Shown here piece after piece: positions 19,507 to 27,247 of a stretch of DNA of 64,000 bases. Positions within the stretch are counted from its first letter, which is position 1. Each line of letters opens with the position of its first letter. This stretch comes from an uncultured Clostridiaceae bacterium (GTDB taxonomy: Bacteria; Bacillota; Clostridia; DUPQ01), in assembly GCA_964563155.1 (NCBI GenBank), contig CAZLVL010000005.1:7367-71366 (forward strand), written 5' to 3'. The notes below the pieces were generated by a model. That model did no database searches. It was not told where the DNA came from and saw only the letters and a list, made by a program, of their open reading frames with translations. Made by a program: the position numbers and the translations under genes.

Positions 19507-20577
19507 GTGGAAAAACTAACATCTAAAGAAAGATTTCAAAGAATGTTTCTTCATCAAGAAGCAGACAGAATCCCAATTATAGATGATCCTTGGGCAGGAA
19601 CCATAAGAAGATGGCAAAGAGAAGGAATGCCCAAAGATATAGATTGGAGAGACTATTTTGGTATTGATAAGGTAGCAAAATTTGATATAGATACCTCCCC
19701 AAGATACCAATCTCTTGTACTTGAAGAAGATGATAAACAAATCACCTATACCACTAGCTATGGAGTTACCTTAAGAAAACTAAAAGAAGAAGATTCAAGC
19801 CCAGAATTTTTAGATTACACTGTGGACAATTCTAAAATATGGTTTGAAGAAACTAAAAAAAGAATGCTAGAAGGTGAAAATAGGATCAACTGGAAGCGGA
19901 TAGAAGAAAACTACCCCCTTTGGCAAAAAGAAGGTTATTGGATTCAAGCTGGTTTTTGGTTTGGCTTTGATGTGACACATTCTTGGATGTCTGGAACAGA
20001 AACCATCCTTATTGCCCTTTTAGAAGAACCTGAATGGGTTATGGATATGTTTGATACCTACTTAAATTCCTGTATTAAACATTTTGATATACTTTGGGAT
20101 AAGGGATACCGCTTTGATTCAATCTTTTGGTATGACGACATGGGCTATAAAAATAATACCTTCTTTTCACTAGAAACTTACCGTGAAGTGGTTAAACCCT
20201 TTCATAAAAAAGCTATTGATTGGGCCCACAATAAAGGAATTTATGCCCACCTTCATTCTTGTGGAAACATTATGCCCTTTGTTGATGACCTAGTAAATAT
20301 TGGCTTAGATGGCCTTAATCCTTTGGAAATAAAGGCTGGAATGGACCCCATATTCTTAAAAGAAAAGTATAAGGATAAACTTCTCTTACACGGTGGTCTA
20401 AACGCTGTTCTTTGGGATGATTCTAAGGCTGTAATACAGGCTATAGAAGAAAATATACCTAAGTTGAAAGAAAATGGAGGCTACATCTTTTCTTCTGACC
20501 ACTCTATTCCCAACACTGTTAGCCTAGATAACTTCAAAAAGATAGTTGAAACTGTCAAAAGAGTTGGTAGCTATTAA
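19507..20577 (+). CDS. Uroporphyrinogen decarboxylase (URO-D) family protein (MtaA/CmuA-like methyltransferase fold)
   Basis: GTG start with an AAGGAG RBS. URO-D-like fold hallmarks and the characteristic ~355 aa length. Confidence 0.65.
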   Translation: MEKLTSKERFQRMFLHQEADRIPIIDDPWAGTIRRWQREGMPKDIDWRDYFGIDKVAKFDIDTSPRYQSLVLEEDDKQITYTTSYGVTLRKLKEEDSSPEFLDYTVDNSKIWFEETKKRMLEGENRINWKRIEENYPLWQKEGYWIQAGFWFGFDVTHSWMSGTETILIALLEEPEWVMDMFDTYLNSCIKHFDILWDKGYRFDSIFWYDDMGYKNNTFFSLETYREVVKPFHKKAIDWAHNKGIYAHLHSCGNIMPFVDDLVNIGLDGLNPLEIKAGMDPIFLKEKYKDKLLLHGGLNAVLWDDSKAVIQAIEENIPKLKENGGYIFSSDHSIPNTVSLDNFKKIVETVKRVGSY

Positions 20578-20579
20578 TA

Positions 20580-20672
20580 TATAATAAAAATTAAACATAA
20601 TAAAAATAAAAATAAAAATAAAAAAATATAAAAAATATAAAAAATATAAAATAATAAAATAATAAATATATT
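20580..20672. repeat. AT-only low-complexity microsatellite block: (aaaaat)x4, (aaaaaatat)x3, (aaaataat)x2
   Basis: Read directly from the sequence between convergent genes. Confidence 0.6.
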
Positions 20673-20675
20673 ATG

Positions 20676-20702
20676 AAAAAGACGGTTATCCCGTCTTTTC
20701 AA
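20676..20702. terminator. Bidirectional rho-independent terminator for the convergent URO-D-like and rubrerythrin genes
   Basis: aaaaagacgg-ttatc-ccgtcttttc: a GC stem flanked by an A-run and a T-run, so it terminates in both directions. Confidence 0.6.
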
Positions 20703-20732
20703 TTGCCTATAAAAATCTAAAGCTTATAGCTA

Positions 20733-21269
20733 CTAATAGTTTTCTGCCTTAATTTCAAAGTATGCCTTTGGATGGTCACATACTGGGCACATTTGAGGAG
20801 CTTTCTTTCCTACTACAACGTGGCCACAATTAATGCATTGCCATACAGTTTCTCCATCACGAGAAAATACTACTTCTTCTTCTACGTTTTGAAGAAGTTT
20901 TCTGTATCTAGCTTCATGATCTTTTTCTATTTTAGCAACTTGTTCAAAAAGAACAGCGATGTCTTTAAAGCCTTCAGCTCTTGCGTCTTCAGCAAATCTC
21001 TTGTACATGTCGGTCCACTCATAGTGTTCACCTTCAGCAGCATTTAAAAGGTTTTGAGATGTATCACCAATTCCGTCTAATAGTTTAAACCAAATTTTGG
21101 CATGTTCTTTCTCATTGTTTGCAGTTTCTTCAAATATTTTAGATATTTGAACATAACCGTCTTTTTTTGCCTTAGAAGCAAAATAAGTATACTTGTTACG
21201 AGCCATTGACTCACCAGCAAAAGCTTCATGCAAATTAGCTTCAGTTTTTGTTCCCTTAATGTCTTTCAT
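20733..21269 (-). CDS. rbr: Rubrerythrin
   Basis: Ferritin-like diiron domain with ExxH motifs plus a C-terminal rubredoxin CxxC...CxxC (CINCGH...CPVCDH). Confidence 0.85.
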   Translation of the reverse strand: MKDIKGTKTEANLHEAFAGESMARNKYTYFASKAKKDGYVQISKIFEETANNEKEHAKIWFKLLDGIGDTSQNLLNAAEGEHYEWTDMYKRFAEDARAEGFKDIAVLFEQVAKIEKDHEARYRKLLQNVEEEVVFSRDGETVWQCINCGHVVVGKKAPQMCPVCDHPKAYFEIKAENY

Positions 21270-21295
21270 ATTTTTCTCCTTTTATGATATATTTT

Positions 21296-21682
21296 CTATT
21301 TCCCACTATTGCATTGGGGACAAGTGCCACCAAAAGCAATAGTATATTCCCTAACTACAAATCCATCCACATCCTCTTCAAACTCGATTTTAGGAACATC
21401 AGGTATGTCTATGTCATATACATTTTTGCAATCATCACATCTAATGTGCTGATGGTCTTCAATGTTATAGTCATAACAATCTGCTCCTGATGGCATTTTG
21501 AGTCTTAGAATTTTACCCAACTTGGATAAAACCTCTAAATTCCTGTAAACAGTAGCCCTGCTAATTTTAGGATTTGTCTCCTTAATTTTTTCAAAAACCT
21601 GGTCTGCTGATGGATGATTATCCATTTTTAAGATGGCTTCTAAAACAATGTTTCTTTGTGTTGTGTTACGTAATGACCTCAT
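21296..21682 (-). CDS. perR: Fur-family peroxide-responsive repressor (PerR-like)
   Basis: Fur-family HTH (TPQR-like TTQRNIVLEAIL), HxH and CxxC...CxxC zinc sites. The ORF-track start is a TTG, so the ATG at 21682 was preferred. Lies 26 nt upstream of rbr. Confidence 0.8.
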   Translation of the reverse strand: MRSLRNTTQRNIVLEAILKMDNHPSADQVFEKIKETNPKISRATVYRNLEVLSKLGKILRLKMPSGADCYDYNIEDHQHIRCDDCKNVYDIDIPDVPKIEFEEDVDGFVVREYTIAFGGTCPQCNSGK

Positions 21683-21706
21683 TTCCCCCAACCCTTTAAT
21701 TTAAAT

Positions 21707-21734
21707 ATTATACCAACTTTATTTTTAAATTCAA
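21707..21734 (-). promoter_or_regulatory. Candidate promoter of the perR-rbr operon
   Basis: Minus strand reads TTGAAT, 16-nt spacer, TATAAT, upstream of the perR RBS. Confidence 0.4.
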
Positions 21735-21779
21735 CAGGCCCAGTCACCCCCATGACTGGGCTTATTAAAGTTTGTATCC

Positions 21780-23222
21780 TTAATCCATTAGCCTTTTTTC
21801 GCCTTCAATGGCTTTTATAGGCTTAATATCTTGAGAGACTTCTACAACTCCTAGATATTTTCCCTCATTATTTCTTACAGCAAAATATCTAATGTATACG
21901 TATTTATCTCCTAGTTTTATCCAAAAACTTTCACTGTCCTTTTTACCAGATTTAAAATCATCTATTATGGACTCTACAATGTGAACACTGGCAGGTGGAT
22001 GACAATTTGCAACCTCTCTACCTATAACAGTCAAGGTTCTAGGAAAGATTCTTTCACTACTTTGAGAAAAATACTTAACTCTGTCATTTTTATCTACAAA
22101 AGTAATATCAAGAGGTAAACTATTAAGAAGATTTTCTAACTCTTCTCCATTAAAAGAACCTGAGGTTAATTTTAATTCACCCTCTTTATCTAGAGCTGGA
22201 CTAAAAGTTTCTTCTTTATTTCCATCTTTACCAAAATCCACATCCCACTTAGGCACATCATCATACAAAAAGCCAATCTCATAGGATTCATCAGCAATAA
22301 CCTTCCACTCTTCTTTGGTAAGATTCTCCAAAAGCATAGGTAACATAATATTCTCTTCTTTATATATCATTTCTAAAACCTTTTCTAAAGATGCTTTTAT
22401 CTCAGTTATAAAGGTGATATCTAAGGTATCGGTCTTGCTTAGCTTTTGTTTAATATCTTTTAATTCTGCTCTAATTTCATCATCAACACCCCACATAACC
22501 TTAGGTGGTGCTGTGATATCATATTTTTCCATAAAGGGGAAAAAGAGATTTTCCTTTTTAGAATAGTGGATATCTATGCTTAATAATTGTTCAATACCCA
22601 AAGCCAAACTCTTTACAGAAGCCTTTTTATCGTTTAAGAAAGGATTTATCATGCTTTGAATAATATGCTTAATTACATTGTTTTCCTTTTTAAGAACATA
22701 TATAGGGTGACCAGGATTAAATTCATCTCCATCTTGAGAATGAATCTCTTCAATTGAGCCTTTAAATACAGCTGCATGAACATCACAAAGACTTTGAATC
22801 TCTTCTACCTTAATTCCTTCTTCTAAAAGAGTTCTTTCCACATTGGATATTTCCATGGCAGATACATTTTTGAACTCACTATCAAACAAGTCTTTTACTT
22901 CATCTACACTATGGCCTTGATGTAGTTTCATAATAATGTCTTTTAGGACTGTCTTTCTTCTTTCATGAACTTCCTTTTCCTTGTACTCTCTTTGTTCCTT
23001 AGTTACATATTCAAAGCCTTTAGCTTTTAAAAGACTTTGAACCTGGAAAAAGTCAATATTTCTTAAAGCAGCTCCCTTTTCTAAAGTCATAAACCTGCCT
23101 GCTGTCTTTAGCATTCCTGGCTTAACAATATCTTTAAAACCTGCTTCTTCTAAAAGATAAACAAGCTCAGGATATTTTTGGCTTAATTCAAAAATTGTAT
23201 TATCAGAATATATAGTTTTCAT
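21780..23222 (-). CDS. DUF1858/DUF438/PAS-domain protein (hemerythrin-like cation-binding, putative redox or gas sensor)
   Basis: N-terminal DUF1858-like segment, His-rich central DUF438-like region, C-terminal PAS-like region. 480 aa. Confidence 0.6.
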   Translation of the reverse strand: MKTIYSDNTIFELSQKYPELVYLLEEAGFKDIVKPGMLKTAGRFMTLEKGAALRNIDFFQVQSLLKAKGFEYVTKEQREYKEKEVHERRKTVLKDIIMKLHQGHSVDEVKDLFDSEFKNVSAMEISNVERTLLEEGIKVEEIQSLCDVHAAVFKGSIEEIHSQDGDEFNPGHPIYVLKKENNVIKHIIQSMINPFLNDKKASVKSLALGIEQLLSIDIHYSKKENLFFPFMEKYDITAPPKVMWGVDDEIRAELKDIKQKLSKTDTLDITFITEIKASLEKVLEMIYKEENIMLPMLLENLTKEEWKVIADESYEIGFLYDDVPKWDVDFGKDGNKEETFSPALDKEGELKLTSGSFNGEELENLLNSLPLDITFVDKNDRVKYFSQSSERIFPRTLTVIGREVANCHPPASVHIVESIIDDFKSGKKDSESFWIKLGDKYVYIRYFAVRNNEGKYLGVVEVSQDIKPIKAIEGEKRLMD

Positions 23223-23398
23223 TAAATTTCCTCCAAACTGTTAATTTAATCATAAAACAGCTTTATTGAAACATTGTATCAGTTATTTGAGGAAAATAAA
23301 GAGTTTCAAGTAATTTTTGTAAAACTCAAATACAAATCTCAAATTATTTCTTTTAAAAATATATATTTCTAGAAAATCAAACTGAATTTAAACTGAAT

Positions 23399-24166
23399 TT
23401 AATCTGAGATAAAGGCGTCTACCTTAGCAGCTATTATTTCTTTTTCGTAATCTGTGTAATATGCATGCCAAGAATCTTTAAGTATAAGTATTTCATGCTT
23501 TGAATTTACCAATAACTCATGAAAAAGATATGAGCTCTCTAAAGTAGCAGTTTCATCTGATTGAGAATGGATAACAAGAGTTGGAGTAAATACTTTTGAA
23601 AGATTTTTCTTTGTTTTTTTGATTAAGGTATAGGGTTGTAGTAATACCCTTATCCAAAAAGGCATGGAAATGTAATAGGGTTTACCAATACTGTTTAATT
23701 GTTTGTAGGACTTAATAATCTTCTCATCTACCTTACCTAAGAAAAGTTTAGCCCTTTTAGGCAATAAAGCCACATTAAATAAATTTAGCACCAAAGGTGT
23801 TGCAAGAAGAACAATTCCCTTAAGGTCAAACTCTAAAGAAGCATTTAGAGCCAGTAAGCCCCCTATTGAATGACCTACAATATATATATTTTTATACTTC
23901 GAATACTTACGCAATTGATTTTCTAAGTATTCTTCCCAGTCCTTAATTTTAGCTTTTGCAAAACAAAATCCTGACCCACCATGACCTGGTAAAAGTAAAG
24001 CCACAGCAGAAAAACCCTTCTCATATACCCTTTCTACAAGGTCACTAAACTGCAAAGGAGAGCCCATTAAGCCATGGACAAAAACAACTATGGTATCTGA
24101 ATTTTCATGTAACTTTTCAATAGCAAAATGCAAAGATCTTCCCCCTATTTTTTGATACAAAAACAT
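23399..24166 (-). CDS. Alpha/beta hydrolase (esterase/lipase family)
   Basis: HGLMGS oxyanion region, nucleophile elbow GHSIGG, 255 aa. Confidence 0.7.
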   Translation of the reverse strand: MFLYQKIGGRSLHFAIEKLHENSDTIVVFVHGLMGSPLQFSDLVERVYEKGFSAVALLLPGHGGSGFCFAKAKIKDWEEYLENQLRKYSKYKNIYIVGHSIGGLLALNASLEFDLKGIVLLATPLVLNLFNVALLPKRAKLFLGKVDEKIIKSYKQLNSIGKPYYISMPFWIRVLLQPYTLIKKTKKNLSKVFTPTLVIHSQSDETATLESSYLFHELLVNSKHEILILKDSWHAYYTDYEKEIIAAKVDAFISD

Positions 24167-24299
24167 ATAAAAAATAATAACTCATAAAGATTACAAACAA
24201 TTAAATTATTATATTAAGATTATAACAAAAAACCTGTAAATAAGATTTACTTATATTCCAGGTTTTCTATTTTCCCTTTTCCAATAAGAAAATTTTTTA

Positions 24300-24959
24300 C
24301 TACTTCTTACTTCCTCTAGCCTTTACATCCTTACGAATCTCTTCAAAGCAAGCTTCATCTACGTTACCCTTTTCACGAAATTCTGTCACAGTCCTAGCCA
24401 TAACCCTGTAATTTAGTGCTGTACCTTGTTTGTCAGCTAGGTAGTCTACGGCCCTATCAGCCCCTATTCCAAAGCGTCCTGCTGTCTTAACAGCATCAAT
24501 GTTAGCTCCTAGGAATATGAACTCCCAGCCATATTTACTCTTTTGCTTTTCAATTAGGTCCTTTACCTTGTCTGAAGAGTATTCTCTAGAAGCATTCTCT
24601 TCTCCATCTGTGATAATAACAAACATAACCTTTTCAGCACGATAGTCTTCTAAGGTATTCTTTTGGGCATTTTTAATCTTGTGGATTGTTCTACCCATTG
24701 CATCAATAAGTGCTGTTGAGCCCCCTACATAATACTCTTTAGATGTAATAGCACTTACCCCCTTTAGATCTATACGGTCATGAAGTAACTGGTAGTCATT
24801 ATCAAACAAGACTGTTGTTATTAAACACTCTCCATCTACCTCTTTTTGTTTAGTAAGCATAGAGTTGTAACCTCCAATAGTATCTGCTTCTAACCCTGCC
24901 ATTGACCCGCTTTTATCCAGTATGAAAACTAATTCTGTTAATCCTTTTTTCATTGTCAT
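24300..24959 (-). CDS. Stand-alone von Willebrand factor type A (vWA) domain protein
   Basis: MIDAS motif DKSGSM near the N-terminus and a Rossmann-like vWA pattern. 219 aa, no signal peptide. Confidence 0.75.
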   Translation of the reverse strand: MTMKKGLTELVFILDKSGSMAGLEADTIGGYNSMLTKQKEVDGECLITTVLFDNDYQLLHDRIDLKGVSAITSKEYYVGGSTALIDAMGRTIHKIKNAQKNTLEDYRAEKVMFVIITDGEENASREYSSDKVKDLIEKQKSKYGWEFIFLGANIDAVKTAGRFGIGADRAVDYLADKQGTALNYRVMARTVTEFREKGNVDEACFEEIRKDVKARGSKK

Positions 24960-25015
24960 ATCCTCCCAAACTTCTTTTTTGTTTTTTTATTGTGATTAAA
25001 GGATAACAATTTAAG

Positions 25016-25043
25016 CAAAAAGAAAGGTCGCTCTAGAGGCGAC
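25016..25043 (-). terminator. Rho-independent terminator after the macro-domain gene
   Basis: Minus strand reads gtcgcctctagagcgac followed by ctttcttttt. Confidence 0.55.
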
Positions 25044-25078
25044 AAATTGAAAAATCTATATACAAGTATTTAAACTTC

Positions 25079-26098
25079 TTACCCACCTAACAGGGGTTGG
25101 TCATACTCAAAGAGTACTTCATTTATCTCAAAGACATCATATCTACTTCTTGTAATAAAATATTCAACTATAACATCAAACTTAACAGCATGAGAAAGGG
25201 CATATCCCGCTCTTTTTAAAAAGTCTTCAGTTTCAGATAAGGTTAATTCTAGGGCAAAAGCAAGGGCTATGGCAGTTCGTTTACTGGGCATATAACCCTT
25301 TTTACTTCTAATCTTGGAAAATAGTTTACGATCTAAATTGGCTCTTTTATACACTTGTACATCTGTCATATTCTTAGCATCTATAAGTTTTAGGAGCATT
25401 TGAGAAAAAGGTTCATCAAGATTTCCCACTAACCTATCAAGAGAACTAGACACTAGACTAGGAGCAGGCATCTCCTCAAAAGAAGCCACTTCCAAATCAG
25501 CTCTAAATAATACACTCTCACCTATATTAGAGGATTGTCTTCTTCTTGTTTCATGCCTTTTCACATAGTGCTCATCAATATAACTAGAAACAGCTCCTAG
25601 AAGTTTGCTACTTATGGCAAAGGATTCCTTGTCATAAACTACCAAAGTTATATCCAAGTCATCTTCTTTTAGAAAATTCTGTATTTCTGATCTTGCAACC
25701 TTAAGGGCTTCTTCTTTAGGATAACCATATATTCCACTGGATATCAAGGGAAAAGCAATACTTTCACAATCATTTTCTAGAGCTACTTTTAAAGAGTTTC
25801 TATAGGCTAAACGTAGATAGTGTTCACTTTGTAAACTAGTCCAATCTAAATAGATAGGACCTACTGTGTGAATTATGAACTTGGCAGGTAGGTTAAAGCC
25901 AGGTGTAATTACCGCTTCACCAATACCTATGGGTGCAAGCTTATCACAGGCAGCTTGCAGCTCTTTTTCTCCTGCAGCCCTAAATATTGCTCCACTTACT
26001 CCCCCACCCATCTTAAGGTCAGAGTTTGCAGCATTTACAATGGCATCAACCTTCATTTTACTTATGTCTTGACGAACAATGGAAAAGGGCATATACAT
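25079..26098 (-). CDS. Macro domain (ADP-ribose binding/hydrolase) protein fused to a C-terminal XRE-like HTH region
   Basis: N-terminal macro signature VDAIVNAANSDLKMGGGVSGAIFRAAG...IAFPLISSGIYGYP. C-terminal ~70 aa has an XRE-type helix-turn-helix pattern (LKLIDAKNMTDVQVYKRANLDRKLFSKIRS...). Confidence 0.75.
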   Translation of the reverse strand: MYMPFSIVRQDISKMKVDAIVNAANSDLKMGGGVSGAIFRAAGEKELQAACDKLAPIGIGEAVITPGFNLPAKFIIHTVGPIYLDWTSLQSEHYLRLAYRNSLKVALENDCESIAFPLISSGIYGYPKEEALKVARSEIQNFLKEDDLDITLVVYDKESFAISSKLLGAVSSYIDEHYVKRHETRRRQSSNIGESVLFRADLEVASFEEMPAPSLVSSSLDRLVGNLDEPFSQMLLKLIDAKNMTDVQVYKRANLDRKLFSKIRSKKGYMPSKRTAIALAFALELTLSETEDFLKRAGYALSHAVKFDVIVEYFITRSRYDVFEINEVLFEYDQPLLGG

Positions 26099-26269
26099 AT
26101 TCCTTTCTTTTTCAAATAAATCGAAATTTAATCAGCTAATATTAAATCAGCCAATTTATATCATTTATGCATTTGTATTTTCTTAATTATACCAGTAAAA
26201 ATCTTAGGCACAAAGGCTTTTAAACTAGACATTACAAGGTTTACCAGACCCAATTTTGATACATATAGG

Positions 26270-27232
26270 TTACTTATAATAGTAATAGCAGCTTACATAT
26301 TTGGCAATGATACCACCTTTTTCTCTGGCCTTTTCTACCCTCCAATTTCTCTCATGCTCATAATTCATAACTACACGACAAGACTTATTAAAACAAATCC
26401 TATCTAAATCTCTACAACGTAGCATAGCAACAAGACTGCCACCTTTTGGTAACTCTTCAAGCTTGGTAATTGCAGTATAAAAATCAGAGTGTAACTGATA
26501 AAAGCCCCAAGAATAACCGTAATAATCTTCTGTTCCCAAATATTCCATAGAGGGCTCTTCCTCTCCATCTATGTATATCTCATTATTAGCCTCACATAAA
26601 AGCTCGCCTTTTTCACAAAGTTCATCATCAGCTTGTATTTGTAGCCAATGAGCTACAATAGCTCCAGTGGAATCTACATTACAAAGCTCCATATGACCCT
26701 TAGCAGTGTTAACCTCTGATGCTCTGTAGTCTGCATAGAGATAGCCGCAGTTTTCAGGGAAAACATCCAGCTTTTCCCATTGAATATCCATATATCCAGT
26801 TAGGTTTTCATCTGAAACGTTTTCTACTTCTATTTTAATATGCTTTTTAAAAGGTATGGGAAGACGAAAATTATGGGCATGGGGTGTCTTTGAAAAGTAT
26901 AGGGTACTAAAAAAATTACAGGATGACTCCACATCCCCTAGAAAATCCATAAATGGCATTTCTATATCAGGCTTATCATTCCCATCGTACCAAATTCGGA
27001 TAATTAAGCTGGAAGAATCTCTATCATCTTTTAGTATTCCTTTTTTGCTTCCATAATAGGTAGTGGAATGTATGCATGAAATAACTCCTGGCCCTTCTTC
27101 ATCCAAGATTGTAATCTTAGTCTTAGCTTTTAATTGCTCCATTTGAGGATATTTGTCGTAGGGCCAAGTTGCAGGCCTTAGTTTGCTTTGTTTTCCACCT
27201 ATACCAGATAGGTGCATCCATTTATCATTCAT
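26270..27232 (-). CDS. DUF2961 / glycoside hydrolase family 172-like protein
   Basis: Two jelly-roll repeats with IRIWYDGNDKPDIEMPFMDFLG and EIYIDGEEEPSMEYLGTEDYYG, resembling the DUF2961/GH172 consensus as remembered. Confidence 0.5.
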   Translation of the reverse strand: MNDKWMHLSGIGGKQSKLRPATWPYDKYPQMEQLKAKTKITILDEEGPGVISCIHSTTYYGSKKGILKDDRDSSSLIIRIWYDGNDKPDIEMPFMDFLGDVESSCNFFSTLYFSKTPHAHNFRLPIPFKKHIKIEVENVSDENLTGYMDIQWEKLDVFPENCGYLYADYRASEVNTAKGHMELCNVDSTGAIVAHWLQIQADDELCEKGELLCEANNEIYIDGEEEPSMEYLGTEDYYGYSWGFYQLHSDFYTAITKLEELPKGGSLVAMLRCRDLDRICFNKSCRVVMNYEHERNWRVEKAREKGGIIAKYVSCYYYYK

Positions 27233-27247
27233 TTATAACCTCTTTTC

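Noticed and set aside
21700-21725. PerR-box operator in the perR promoter
   Set aside because: Only a loose AT-rich partial palindrome (tataatatttaaatta). It does not match the TTATAATnATTATAA consensus convincingly.
25079-26269. DarT/DarG toxin-antitoxin system
   Set aside because: The macro protein resembles DarG in size and domain order, but no DarT-like (DUF4433) gene is adjacent. The 170-nt upstream gap is too small to hide one.
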